A stretch of DNA of 34,463 nt from Fidelibacterota bacterium (GCA_043822705.1 JBDRBK010000133.1:1-34463), one strand, 5' to 3'. Shown: positions 1-10,070, counted from the first letter of the stretch. The notes: generated by a model from the sequence alone, not told the origin. Program-made: numbers and translations.

Positions 1-98
1 GGCAAACGGCCGCCTATGGTCATTTTGGCCGGAACGGTGATAATTTCTCCTGGGAAAAAACCGATCTGGTGGACCGGTTGAAGACATATTTACCATAA
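1..98 (+). CDS. metK: S-adenosylmethionine synthetase, 3' end only (truncated by window)
   Basis: Frame from base 3 reads [35 protein letters not shown] (TAA 96-98). TAAYGHFGR...WEKTD is the MetK C-terminal signature, and it lies directly upstream of ahcY. Not in the ORF track. Confidence 0.9.
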   Translation, partial: QTAAYGHFGRNGDNFSWEKTDLVDRLKTYLP

Positions 99-108
99 GG
101 ATCAGAAA

Positions 109-1554
109 ATGAGTGTTGCCGAAAAACCGCTGAATGACACAGTGGATATAGTATATAAAGTCAAAGATATCAATCTGGCTGCGGCCGGACGCAAGGCGAT
201 CGAGATCGCCGAAAAGGAAATGCCGGGCTTGATGGCCGTACGGGCAAAATATGGTGTGGAAAAACCGCTGGCGGGTTTCCGGGTCAGTGGTTCCCTGCAC
301 ATGACCGTGGAAACGGCGGTGCTGATCGAGACCCTTCACGATCTGGGCGCCGATGTACGCTGGGCCAGTTGTAATATTTTTTCCACCCAGGACCATGCCG
401 CAGCCGCCATCGCCGCTAGCGGTATCCCGGTCTTTGCCTGGAAAGGGGAGACCCTGGAAGAGTACTGGTGGTGCACGCGCATGGCGCTGACTTTCCCGGG
501 GAACCGGGGGCCGCAGTTGATCGTCGACGACGGCGGCGATGCGACGATGATGATTCATCGTGGCGTAGCGCTGGAAAAAGAACTCACCGTCCACGGAACT
601 CTGGCCCCGGCTACGGCCACCAGCGGTGATGAAAAAGCGCTGGAAGAGAATTTACGGTCGGCCCTGGCCGCCGAACCGGAGCACTGGCAGCAGGTGGTCC
701 GGGAAGTAATCGGTGCCTCGGAAGAGACCACCACCGGCGTTCATCGACTGGAACAGATGGAGGCCGCCAGGACGCTGCTGTTTGCCGCCTACAACGTCAA
801 CGACTCGGTGACGAAATCCAAGTTCGATAATGTTTACGGCTGCCGCGAATCGCTGGCCGACGGAATCAAACGGGCGACCGACGTGATGATCGCCGGCAAG
901 ACGGTAGTCATAGCCGGCTACGGCGACGTGGGCCGGGGTTGTGCTCAGTCCATGCGCGGCTTTGGCGCCAAGGTGCTGGTAACCGAAATCGATCCGATCT
1001 GCGCCCTGCAGGCCGCCATGGAAGGTTACCGGGTCGTCACCATGGAACAGGCGCTGGCGGAAGGCAATATCTTCGTCACCGCCACCGGCAACATTGATGT
1101 CATCACGCTGGCGCACATGAAAGCGATGAACGACCAGGCGATTGTCTGCAATATCGGTCACTTCGATAATGAAATCCAGGTCGACGATCTGAACGCGGCG
1201 CCGCTGGTCCAGCGGGAAACGATCAAACCGCAGGTGGACCGTTACACCTTTCCCGACGGCCACCAGATTTTCCTGCTGGCCGAGGGACGGCTGGTCAATC
1301 TTGGTTGCGGTACCGGGCACCCCAGTTTTGTCATGTCCAATTCCTTTACCAATCAGGTACTAGCTCAGATCGCCCTGGCCAAGGAACGGCCGGCGGTCGG
1401 TGTCTATCGTCTGCCTAAAGCGCTGGACGAGGAAGTCGCCCGGTTGCACCTGAGCCACCTGGGAGTGACACTGACGGAGTTGACCGACCGGCAGGCTGAC
1501 TACCTGGGAATAGCCAAGGAAGGACCGTATAAATCAGAGCATTATCGCTATTGA
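109..1554 (+). CDS. ahcY: Adenosylhomocysteinase (SAH hydrolase)
   Basis: Motifs [37 protein letters not shown]-binding [16 protein letters not shown] and C-terminal HYRY. SD-like TAAGGA at 96-101. Confidence 0.98.
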   Translation: MSVAEKPLNDTVDIVYKVKDINLAAAGRKAIEIAEKEMPGLMAVRAKYGVEKPLAGFRVSGSLHMTVETAVLIETLHDLGADVRWASCNIFSTQDHAAAAIAASGIPVFAWKGETLEEYWWCTRMALTFPGNRGPQLIVDDGGDATMMIHRGVALEKELTVHGTLAPATATSGDEKALEENLRSALAAEPEHWQQVVREVIGASEETTTGVHRLEQMEAARTLLFAAYNVNDSVTKSKFDNVYGCRESLADGIKRATDVMIAGKTVVIAGYGDVGRGCAQSMRGFGAKVLVTEIDPICALQAAMEGYRVVTMEQALAEGNIFVTATGNIDVITLAHMKAMNDQAIVCNIGHFDNEIQVDDLNAAPLVQRETIKPQVDRYTFPDGHQIFLLAEGRLVNLGCGTGHPSFVMSNSFTNQVLAQIALAKERPAVGVYRLPKALDEEVARLHLSHLGVTLTELTDRQADYLGIAKEGPYKSEHYRY

Positions 1555-1569
1555 TTTCACCATGTTTCG

Positions 1570-1605
1570 AAAAAAACGCTCCGCTGCCGGCGGAGTGTTT
1601 TTTTT
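1570..1605 (+). terminator. Rho-independent terminator after metK-ahcY
   Basis: AAAAAAACGCTCCGC-tgccg-GCGGAGTGTTTTTTTT: a GC stem with one G-U pair followed by a T run, 15 nt after the ahcY stop. Confidence 0.85.
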
Positions 1606-1692
1606 ATGGCAAAGCTCATAAAAATGAGTGAACTTTATGGGGTCCATTCATTTGAGCAACTTAGCATGAAAGTGACGGGGAGAACCAAAAAC

Positions 1693-4683
1693 ATGACCGG
1701 AAACCGACCCAATCAGGGTAAATCGGCCGCACACGACGGCCGAAGTGTATCCGGTTTTGTCTGTCTGATCGCCCTGTTGCTCCTGCTGGCGGCCGGCTGT
1801 GATTTCCAGAGTCCGGCCGATTTCGAGACACCAACCTGGTACATGGACCTGACCATACCGCTGGTACAGGAACGCTATCCGTTCAGCAATATGGTCAATG
1901 GCGAGGAGATTACCGTCACCGACGATTCCCTGGGGATGCAGGTCGTTTTCGACGATTCGCTGCCGGGTGTTTCGATCGATCCCAGCTATCTGCAGATTCA
2001 ACTCAACCAGAATATTGCCTTCAGTCAGGACCCGGTGTATGCGCCGGATATGGATTTTTCCTTTGATACGGTGCTGACGGTGGAAATTCCATTCGCCCCC
2101 AACGGGGAGTTCCTGGACGTCAGCGGCGCCACCTTCACGGTGCCATCGGCCAGCGATCATGATATCCTGGCCAGCCTGTGGAATGCCATCGCCGCCGCTT
2201 TCGATACGACGATTATCCTTGATATCGATATTCCCCAGGTCGATGAATCGGATTTGCCGGAATTCATCGCCAGCATCGAAGCGATCGAGATCGTCGCCGA
2301 CTCCGATAGCGACTCCAGCCTGTTCCAATCGACCATTATTAACAATGGTCTGCCAACGGCAGTCAAAGATATTGAATTCAGCCTTTCCACCGATACCAGC
2401 AGCCCGCCGGATACCCTGGCACGGCATGTCAAAGACCGCCTGCTCAAGGACAGTACCTATTCCGAATATACTCTGCTGGGCGACAGCCAGTTGGGCACGC
2501 GTATCCGCATGACCGTCGGCTTCAGCCTGGAAGAGGAGACGGTGCTCGATACGATTACGATCAAGGCCGATGATTCGGTGAAGGTCAACCTGTCGTTTCG
2601 TATTCGGATCGCCGGTATCGACCAGGCGGTGGTGCAGATTGTCGAATACGACCTGGCGCCGGAAATCGATCCGGTTTCGTTTCCCTCCGATATTGAAATT
2701 TTTTCCGGTGTTTTCACCGATCCTTCTCCGCCCTTCAGCACCACCAACGAAATCCGGGTCACGAATCTGCGCAGCACGTTTCTATTCGATATCAATTTTT
2801 CAATGAATTTCCGCAATTTCCTGCCACCGGAGGGAGAAGACACGGTCAAGGTGGAGACGGTACTCAGCCGCAGTGCCCCGGCCTATGCCAGAACATTCGA
2901 CGTGGACGGTTACCGTTTCGCCAATCCGGATGACACTACCAAGGCCATGTCTGCCATGGATATTGCCGTCTCGGCGGTAATTCCCGCCCAGACCGCCACG
3001 ATTCCCCTGGACGGCAGCGAATTCGGGCGGCTGACCCTGGGAGTCGGCATTGATTCCCTGCATTTCGAATCCCTGAAAGCCAATCTGGTACGGGAATTTC
3101 CGTCGGTTTCCCAGGAAATGACCGGTATGCCGCGCGGTTTCACGGGAATGGCCTTTACCGATGTCAAGATCGAAATCACGATGCTGAACCAGATTCAATT
3201 GCCGGTGTTCCTGGATATCGATATGATCGGCGTGAATGTCTTCGGCGATTCGATGCTGGTGGGTATCAGTTCAAATCTGGGTACCCCGACCTCCAGCAGC
3301 GACACGATCAAAACGGTCATCCGCCTCAGCCGCGACGGGACGACCACGATCGTTTACGATTCACCCGGCGCCGTAACCTACGATCCGGCCGACAGCGTGA
3401 CCGTGGCCCCCGGTCCCGGTGAATCCAATATTGTCGATCTGCTTTCCTTCAACCCGGAAACGATGGTCTTCAGCTCTTCCGCCAAGATCGACGGCCGTGG
3501 AACCATCACAATCGGCGCCGCGATCTGGGGCAGCTTCCGGCTGATCGCGCCCTTTGAAGTCCGCATGGCCCCGATGACCTTCATTCCGGTCAACGAATCG
3601 CCGATCGAGGAGTGGGACTATGAAATGCGCAATAGAATTCGCAGCGCACTGCGCAGTTCCAGCACCGTGGCCCGGGTCGTCAACAGCTTCCCGGTCGGCG
3701 GTGAGATTTCAATGTTGCTGTCCAACCAGGCCTACTTCCCGCTGGACCTGAGCCAGGAGAGCCTCGACAGTCTGGCGGTGGCGATGGGCTATGAGCCGTC
3801 CAACGGCGACAGCATCTACTACGTTTCGGAATGTGCCGCCATCGATCCGGCGCTTGATTCCACGATTTATATTTTCGATCTGATGTCCGATTTCAGCGAA
3901 TGTACCGACGGCGTGGTTTATTTGGTCCGCAGTACCGGTAGTGGCGTCGATACCCTGATCGCCTACGTTGACACGCTGCTGAGCATTGTGCTGCCGGACC
4001 CGGAATTGAACAATTATGATTCGGACCTGAATGACGAACCACGGTTGGTGGGGCAGCCCGGCGATTATACCTCGGCCAGCATTTTGACACCGGAAACGAT
4101 CCGTCTGCTGACCAGTCCCGGCCAGCATTTCACGGCGCCGCGGATTCACCTGAACGGGTCGCCGATCGATCCGGTTTCCGGCGACACCCTGCCGGTTTTT
4201 ATATCACTGGAAGATTATATCGATATCAAGTCCTATATGACATTTGAGATCAGCAGTACCGGAGTCATGGAACCGGCGCCACCGGAACTGGTGCTGACTT
4301 ATCCCAACGGTGGCGAAGTAATCAATGTACTCAGCCCGATTATCATCCGCTGGAAGACCTTCGGCAAAGTAAAGAAAGTTGATCTGGACTACTCGATCGT
4401 CAGCAATCCGGATATTGAGGATGAAGAGGACTGGACGCCGCTGGAATCGAACTGGATCGCCGTCGCCAATGTTGATTCCTTTGTCTGGAACGCCGCCACT
4501 GTCATTCAGGATATTCCCGGCGCCCAACGCGATTCTGTCCGTATCCGCGTCTCCGCCACCGGTTCCGACGCCACCGACATGAGCGGCTGGTATTTCACAC
4601 TGATGGAGGTTTTACGCTCGGTCGTCGTCCGCGAGGCCGTGGAACCGCCTGTGATTAACAAACCCACGAAAGACCGGCGTTGA
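1693..4683 (+). CDS. Large acidic, beta-rich lipoprotein of unknown function with a C-terminal PNGGE-type Ig-like domain
   Basis: ORF 1606-4683. ATG 1693 preferred (GGGAGA at 1678-1683; the 1606 ATG abuts the terminator). Hydrophobic signal ends in lipobox LAAGC (Cys codon 1798-1800). C-terminal LTYPNGGE...IRW...VDLDYS...FVW...RIRVS resembles the PNGGE/Kre9-like Ig fold. Start position uncertain. Confidence 0.75.
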   Translation: MTGNRPNQGKSAAHDGRSVSGFVCLIALLLLLAAGCDFQSPADFETPTWYMDLTIPLVQERYPFSNMVNGEEITVTDDSLGMQVVFDDSLPGVSIDPSYLQIQLNQNIAFSQDPVYAPDMDFSFDTVLTVEIPFAPNGEFLDVSGATFTVPSASDHDILASLWNAIAAAFDTTIILDIDIPQVDESDLPEFIASIEAIEIVADSDSDSSLFQSTIINNGLPTAVKDIEFSLSTDTSSPPDTLARHVKDRLLKDSTYSEYTLLGDSQLGTRIRMTVGFSLEEETVLDTITIKADDSVKVNLSFRIRIAGIDQAVVQIVEYDLAPEIDPVSFPSDIEIFSGVFTDPSPPFSTTNEIRVTNLRSTFLFDINFSMNFRNFLPPEGEDTVKVETVLSRSAPAYARTFDVDGYRFANPDDTTKAMSAMDIAVSAVIPAQTATIPLDGSEFGRLTLGVGIDSLHFESLKANLVREFPSVSQEMTGMPRGFTGMAFTDVKIEITMLNQIQLPVFLDIDMIGVNVFGDSMLVGISSNLGTPTSSSDTIKTVIRLSRDGTTTIVYDSPGAVTYDPADSVTVAPGPGESNIVDLLSFNPETMVFSSSAKIDGRGTITIGAAIWGSFRLIAPFEVRMAPMTFIPVNESPIEEWDYEMRNRIRSALRSSSTVARVVNSFPVGGEISMLLSNQAYFPLDLSQESLDSLAVAMGYEPSNGDSIYYVSECAAIDPALDSTIYIFDLMSDFSECTDGVVYLVRSTGSGVDTLIAYVDTLLSIVLPDPELNNYDSDLNDEPRLVGQPGDYTSASILTPETIRLLTSPGQHFTAPRIHLNGSPIDPVSGDTLPVFISLEDYIDIKSYMTFEISSTGVMEPAPPELVLTYPNGGEVINVLSPIIIRWKTFGKVKKVDLDYSIVSNPDIEDEEDWTPLESNWIAVANVDSFVWNAATVIQDIPGAQRDSVRIRVSATGSDATDMSGWYFTLMEVLRSVVVREAVEPPVINKPTKDRR

Positions 4684-6107
4684 AGCGCTACCTGATCAGA
4701 CTGGCAATGGTCGGCGGACTGATCTTAGCGGCCTGCTTCGGTCAGACCAAACGTGACGCCCGCGCCGTCGGACTAGCCGGCTCCTATGGTACCGTCGCCG
4801 ATGGGATTTTCGCGGTCGGTTACAATCCGGCCTTACTGGCGCTGCAACAGGACAAACCCTTCATGCTGCAACTGGTAGGTCTGGATTACGGGCTGGTCAG
4901 CAATTATATCTCATTGGCTAATCTCAATGCCCTCAGCGGCGATACGCTTTCGACCGACGAAAAAGATTTGATCCTGAATAATCTTGATAAAAGCGGCGGT
5001 CTGCGAATATTTACCGACCTGCATCTGCCGTTGCCGCTGCTGAACTACGCCTCCGGGAACATGGCCCTGACTTCCAACACGATCATCGTCGGCGATTTGA
5101 TCATACCGACCGGCATCCTGAGCCTGCTGCTGAACGGCAATCCCGTGGGCGAAGACCTCGATATGACCTTGAAATTTGATCTGTTGGGTGTGACCGAATA
5201 CGGTTTTTCCTTTGCCATTCCATCGGACGATTTCGCCTGGGGAATGACCATCAAATATCTGCAGGGACTGTTTTATTTCGGCCTCGATCCCGAATTCAGC
5301 AATGCCACTCTGGTTACCGATACTACCGCCCTGTATGGCAGCGGTACATACTATTTTCGGCAGGGGATTGGCGGCAGCGGTCTGGGGCTGGACCTGGGTT
5401 TTGTTACCCAGGAAATCGCCGGCTGGCGGATCGGCGTTTCCATGATCAACGCCCTCGGCACGATCAGTTGGAACAAGCCCAGTCTGATCAAGGATCTGAT
5501 GTCCGGCGGCGACAATATCTATGGCACGCGCGACGACCTGTTCCATATTGTCTGGGCCGGTACGGCCCTGAATGATTCGATGGCGGTAAGCTACGAATAT
5601 ACGATCGATACCCTGAATGCCCAGACCATGTCCCAGGGCGATATTTTCTATTCCAATCCGCCTGACGAACAGGTGGTTTACGACTTGACCGAGGACGGCA
5701 AACTGCGCCAATTCACGACGCGCTATCCGGCGCTCTTTCGTTTTTCTGTTTCAAAACGGTTCCCCGATCTACTGGTCGTTTCCGATCTGGTGGCCGGTTT
5801 CGAGGACCGCTTCTTCGCCCGCGATCGCTGGCGCTGGTCGATCGGCACCGAGATTCTCCGGAATCCCACCGTGCCGATCCGTTTCGGTTTTTCCTGGGCC
5901 GGCGGTGATTTCAAGCGGCTGGGGATGGGTATCGGCATCCACAAGGGACCGGTGATTTTTGATTTTGGTCTGGCATTTAAAAACGGAGTCTGGATTCACA
6001 CCATGAAGGGTCTGGATCTTTCACTGGGGGTGACCCTGACCAGTTTCCGCGGCCGCAAGGATAAAACGCCGGAACCGGCGGAAGAACCGGTAGTCCCGCC
6101 CCAATAA
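4680..6107 (+). CDS. Putative outer-membrane beta-barrel (FadL/TraF/PorV-like, DUF5723-like)
   Basis: TTG start overlaps the upstream TGA (TTGA). Signal peptide, then ARAVGLAGSYGTVADGIFAVGYNPALLA, which resembles the N-terminal plug motif of FadL-superfamily barrels. Amphipathic strands include GLGLDLGF, WRIGVS, IRFGFSW and FDFGLAF. Confidence 0.65.
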   Translation: MKRYLIRLAMVGGLILAACFGQTKRDARAVGLAGSYGTVADGIFAVGYNPALLALQQDKPFMLQLVGLDYGLVSNYISLANLNALSGDTLSTDEKDLILNNLDKSGGLRIFTDLHLPLPLLNYASGNMALTSNTIIVGDLIIPTGILSLLLNGNPVGEDLDMTLKFDLLGVTEYGFSFAIPSDDFAWGMTIKYLQGLFYFGLDPEFSNATLVTDTTALYGSGTYYFRQGIGGSGLGLDLGFVTQEIAGWRIGVSMINALGTISWNKPSLIKDLMSGGDNIYGTRDDLFHIVWAGTALNDSMAVSYEYTIDTLNAQTMSQGDIFYSNPPDEQVVYDLTEDGKLRQFTTRYPALFRFSVSKRFPDLLVVSDLVAGFEDRFFARDRWRWSIGTEILRNPTVPIRFGFSWAGGDFKRLGMGIGIHKGPVIFDFGLAFKNGVWIHTMKGLDLSLGVTLTSFRGRKDKTPEPAEEPVVPPQ

Positions 6108-6124
6108 AGAAAATTCTCCGGGCG

Positions 6125-7216
6125 TTATTTGCGGACGCCCAGCAGCAGCAAAATACCACCTACCGAAAAAACCACATTGCCGATCCAGGCCGACACCAAT
6201 GGTTCGATGATCCCTTTATATCCCAGCGATTGGCCGAATTTAATGAAGGCATAATAGGAAAAAATCACCAGCACGCTCATGCCGGCGCCGAAGGACAATC
6301 CGCCTTTCGGCTTCAGTACCACCAGCGGCAGGCCGAACAGAACGACGATCAGATTGGTGAAAGCGAAGGAAATCTTGAAATGGCGGACCACTTCCCAACG
6401 GGTGGTGTCGACCCCGTTTTCTTCCAGTTGGGCGATGAAGTCGGTCAGATCGCGGTAATTCAGTTCCTCCGGTAGCGATGATTTCCGTTCGATATCGGCC
6501 GGCGTGAAACCCAGGCTGATCAGCGTATCGGCCTGTGAAACCCGGACCGTGCTTTCCTCGCCGTCGGGGTTGAAACTGCGGATCGAGAATTGTGAGGCCG
6601 CCCAGGCATCCAGCGTATCGATCCAGGTGATCTTGGCGATATCGATCCGTTCGCCGATCATGCCGGCTTCCATGATCTGGACGGTGACGCCGTCGGCGGA
6701 CTGCTGGCGGTAATTATATCCGCCCAGGGCGATATGATATTTCTCGCCGCGCTGCAGAAACACATTGGTCCGCGTATCCTTGTTGCGGGGGCGGGCCTTC
6801 TGGATGTACTGTTCCTTGATTTCGGCGCGGTGAATATTGCCCCAGATTACCAGTTGATCCTCAAACACGAACGAAACCAGACTGATCAGAAAGCCCAGGC
6901 CGATCAGCGGAACGGCGATCCGGTACAGGCTGATGCCAGTGGCCTTCATGGCTGTCAGTTCATTCCGTTTGGCGGTCAGTCCGATCGCGAATACCGTGGC
7001 GATCAGCATCGCCATCGGCAGGCCGATATTGAAAAACCAGGGCAGGGAATAAAAATAATAGCGTAATATGATGGCGAGAGGGACGGTGCTGTCGATGAAT
7101 TTATCCAGTTGCTCGAAGATGTCGACAATTATGAAAACACAGATAAAACCCAGCAGCGCCATCGCCAGGATGGTCAGAAACTGTCGCACCAGGTAGAGAT
7201 CAAGCTTTTTAATCAT
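6125..7216 (-). CDS. lptG: LptF/LptG-family LPS export ABC transporter permease (LptG-like)
   Basis: KKLDLYLVRQF start, three N-terminal TM helices, NELTAMKATGISLYRI signature, periplasmic jellyroll region, and three C-terminal TMs ending PLVSAWIGN. Confidence 0.85.
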   Translation of the reverse strand: MIKKLDLYLVRQFLTILAMALLGFICVFIIVDIFEQLDKFIDSTVPLAIILRYYFYSLPWFFNIGLPMAMLIATVFAIGLTAKRNELTAMKATGISLYRIAVPLIGLGFLISLVSFVFEDQLVIWGNIHRAEIKEQYIQKARPRNKDTRTNVFLQRGEKYHIALGGYNYRQQSADGVTVQIMEAGMIGERIDIAKITWIDTLDAWAASQFSIRSFNPDGEESTVRVSQADTLISLGFTPADIERKSSLPEELNYRDLTDFIAQLEENGVDTTRWEVVRHFKISFAFTNLIVVLFGLPLVVLKPKGGLSFGAGMSVLVIFSYYAFIKFGQSLGYKGIIEPLVSAWIGNVVFSVGGILLLLGVRK

Positions 7217-7311
7217 TTTTAACGGTTAATATCCGGGCGGTAATTTGAATATAACCGCGCTATTAATGAAGCAATTTAGGGTGGTGCGGCATTGCCGGGG
7301 TCAGCAGGAAT

Positions 7312-8220
7312 TTATAGCTCACCGCGGTCGGTCTTTTTCCGGCCGCTCAGCAACACCCAGTCGTCCCGCTGGACCGGCGCCGCCAGATCGAAATAGCGCC
7401 GGTAGACCCGGCAGACCGCGGCCGTCTGTGTTTCCAAAATACCCGATAGAATGATCATGCCACCGGGTATGGTAAACCGGACCAGTCGCGGTGCCAGTTC
7501 CTTGAGCGGATTGGCTAGAATATTGGCGAGAACGATATCGTATTGCATCGCCGGCATCACATCCGGCAGGCAGGCCGGGCATACGACTTGATTCAGTCGC
7601 GCATTGGCAATCGTGCTGTTAACGGCATTCTGATCGATATCGACGCCCAGGGCTTCGGCGGCTCCCAGTTTCAGGGCGGCAATAGCGAGAATGCCGGAAC
7701 CGCAGCCGTAGTCCAGCACCCGTTCGCCGCCGCGGATATTGGTCTCCAGCCACTCCAGGCACAGGCTGGTGGTCGGGTGCGTGCCGCTGCCGAAGGCCAC
7801 TCCCGGATCGAGGCGAATATTGACGGCCGCCGGATCGGGAACTCTGTCCCAGGTTGGTACGATCCACAAGCGCTCACCGATTTTCCACGGCCGGGATAAT
7901 TTCTGGGTCGAACGCACCCAGTCCTGGTCGGGAACTTCGCTGATTTGATACACTGGTATGTCTTTCAAATTAAAATGTATCCGGACGGTTTCGAGGATCG
8001 GCTGCACGTCCGTGTCACCGGGCAGCAGCACGGTGACCGCCGCCGTTTCCGGATCGATAATCATCGACTGTCCGGGCTGATCGAACCAGGTATCCTCGGC
8101 CCGTCCATCGGGATCGGTATTGATCACCGAAACGGCCAGCCCGCCCAGTTCCAGCAGCAGGTCGGACAGAGCAGTCGGGTCGATTGCTGCCGGAATAATT
8201 TTAAGATTCAGCCAGCCCAT
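7312..8220 (-). CDS. prmA: Ribosomal protein L11 methyltransferase
   Basis: Motifs DQDW, LWIVPTW, LDPGVAFGSGTHPTT, VLDYGCGSGILAI, ANIL and LSGIL. ATG at 8220 chosen because it lies just after the DUF503 stop. Confidence 0.95.
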   Translation of the reverse strand: MGWLNLKIIPAAIDPTALSDLLLELGGLAVSVINTDPDGRAEDTWFDQPGQSMIIDPETAAVTVLLPGDTDVQPILETVRIHFNLKDIPVYQISEVPDQDWVRSTQKLSRPWKIGERLWIVPTWDRVPDPAAVNIRLDPGVAFGSGTHPTTSLCLEWLETNIRGGERVLDYGCGSGILAIAALKLGAAEALGVDIDQNAVNSTIANARLNQVVCPACLPDVMPAMQYDIVLANILANPLKELAPRLVRFTIPGGMIILSGILETQTAAVCRVYRRYFDLAAPVQRDDWVLLSGRKKTDRGEL

Positions 8221-8227
8221 GATCGGC

Positions 8228-8521
8228 TCAGAGGAATTCAATCCGTTGCCGGACGACGTCGGCCAGTTGCCAGTCTTCAATGGCAGCCAGGATTGTCCGT
8301 AGTTCCCGTTCCAGGTGCCGACGATCGTTGCCGACGGTGCAGATCGCCAGTGTCGCTGACTGCCATTTTTCGGTGTCGCCGACTTCGGCTACAGCTACGT
8401 TGAAACGGGCTTTAACCCGGTCCCGGATGCTGGCGACGACCTGGCGCCGATCCTTGAGCGATTGAGCGGCGGCGATGTGCAGTTCCAGGGTCAGGACGGC
8501 AATTGGCGGTGGTTTTGACAT
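8228..8521 (-). CDS. DUF503 (YlxP-like) protein
   Basis: 97 aa with SLKDRRQVV...RFNVAVAEV...WQ...L, the typical DUF503 pattern. Confidence 0.88.
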   Translation of the reverse strand: MSKPPPIAVLTLELHIAAAQSLKDRRQVVASIRDRVKARFNVAVAEVGDTEKWQSATLAICTVGNDRRHLERELRTILAAIEDWQLADVVRQRIEFL

Positions 8522-8662
8522 TTTGCTGGTGATCAGGATTATTTAGCGGCCTGAATTTGGTCATTTTAACCGGCAGAACCAAAAATATATGAGTTGGAAA
8601 TAATCCGGGATATCTGGCAATTAGGACTGAAAATCTATCGTTTAAAACTTCTAAATTCCGCC

Positions 8663-9586
8663 ATGGAAAATACGAAACCACAAGCACGCAAAGACCTGAC
8701 GACCGAAAAACAGAACCCCAACTCGCACCGGATCGATCAGCGCTCGATCGCGGAAATTCTGGATATCATGAACCGCGAGGACCAAACCCTGGCCGCCAAG
8801 GTGCGGGCGGTTATGCCTGCGATCGCCGTGGCCGTTGAGCTGGCGGTGAAAGCACTCCGTTCCGGGGGCCATGTCTATTACATCGGCGCCGGTACCAGCG
8901 GCCGCCTGGGCGTCCTGGACGCCTCGGAGATTCCGCCGACTTTTTCCGCGCCGCGGGACTGGTTCCAGGGAATCATAGCCGGCGGTCGCGAAGCGCTGGT
9001 GCGCTCGATCGAAGGCGCCGAAGACGAGCCCAAGGATGCGGAAGACGCCCTGATCGCCGCCGGCTTCGGTCCCAATGATTTCCTGGTCGGTATCGCCAGC
9101 AGCAGCGCCACGCCGTATGTGGTGCAGGCCCTGAAATACGCCCACGGCATCGGTGCCGGCACGGCCTATCTGATCTGCAATCCCCGGCCGCTGACCGACG
9201 TGGATGTCGATACCCTGATTGCCGTGGATGTGGGCCCGGAAATCCTGACCGGATCGACCCGGATGAAGTCCGGTACGGTCACCAAAATGGTCCTGAACAT
9301 GATCTCTACTGCCACCATGATCAAAATCGGCAAGGTTTACGGCAACCTGATGGTCGATCTGTCGGCCGTGAATCTTAAACTGGTCGATCGCGGTTCGCGG
9401 ATCATCGAACAACTCACCGGGCTGTCCTATGATGCGGCGCGCACGCGATTATTCGAAGCCGACAAGGAAGTCAAGACCGCCATTGTCATGACCCTGAAAA
9501 ACTGCGACAAGGACGAAGCGCACCGGTTGATCGCAGCCAATGACGGTATCCTGCGTAATATCATCGGGGATGTGGCCGGACAGTAA
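8663..9586 (+). CDS. murQ: N-acetylmuramic acid 6-phosphate etherase
   Basis: LTTEKQNP, YIGAGTSGRLGVLDASEIPPTF, EGAED, GPEILTGSTRMKSGT, GKVYGNLMVD. ATG 8663 gives the normal length of about 307 aa. Confidence 0.96.
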   Translation: MENTKPQARKDLTTEKQNPNSHRIDQRSIAEILDIMNREDQTLAAKVRAVMPAIAVAVELAVKALRSGGHVYYIGAGTSGRLGVLDASEIPPTFSAPRDWFQGIIAGGREALVRSIEGAEDEPKDAEDALIAAGFGPNDFLVGIASSSATPYVVQALKYAHGIGAGTAYLICNPRPLTDVDVDTLIAVDVGPEILTGSTRMKSGTVTKMVLNMISTATMIKIGKVYGNLMVDLSAVNLKLVDRGSRIIEQLTGLSYDAARTRLFEADKEVKTAIVMTLKNCDKDEAHRLIAANDGILRNIIGDVAGQ

Positions 9587-9602
9587 TTATGCCGGGTAAG
9601 TA

Positions 9603-10064
9603 GTGAAAATTAAATATCATGCAACTATACCACCCGAAGCTGATTTCTATGCCTTATTTTCCACAACCGGCTGGAATGTCGATTATAAACTGACCGCCGC
9701 CGAACTGTACCTGGCCGCTACGAACAGTTGGTATTTTATAACCGCCAGCGACGGCGGTAAACTGGTCGGTAGCGGACGGATCGTCGGCGATGGCATCGTT
9801 CACGCCCTGATCCTGGATCTGATCGTTAATCCGGATTATCGCCGGCGGGGGATCGGCAGCGCTATCCTGCAAAAGATGCTGGAGCATTGTCGGCAGCATA
9901 ATATCCGTGATATTCAGTTGTTCGCCGCCAGGGGCAGTCGGAAATTTTATGAAAAGAATGGTTTTTCCGTTCGGCCGGAAGCGGCGCCGGGAATGGAGGT
10001 CCGTTTCCGGAAAGAAGTCGATTTATTAAAGCGTGCCATAGTTACTGTCGAAGGTCAGGATTAG
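9603..10064 (+). CDS. GNAT-family N-acetyltransferase
   Basis: LVGSGRIVGDG, DLIVNPDYRRRGIGSAI (acetyl-CoA binding motif A) and FYEKNGF. GTG start. Confidence 0.9.
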   Translation: MKIKYHATIPPEADFYALFSTTGWNVDYKLTAAELYLAATNSWYFITASDGGKLVGSGRIVGDGIVHALILDLIVNPDYRRRGIGSAILQKMLEHCRQHNIRDIQLFAARGSRKFYEKNGFSVRPEAAPGMEVRFRKEVDLLKRAIVTVEGQD

Positions 10065-10070
10065 TCGACG

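Noticed and set aside
1..108. Possible SAH or SAM riboswitch upstream of ahcY
   Set aside because: The region is the coding 3' end of metK; only 10 nt separate the genes.
1606..1692. N-terminal extension of the large lipoprotein in the ORF track
   Set aside because: The ATG abuts the terminator T run and would place the lipobox about 65 residues in; a later start fits a signal peptide better.
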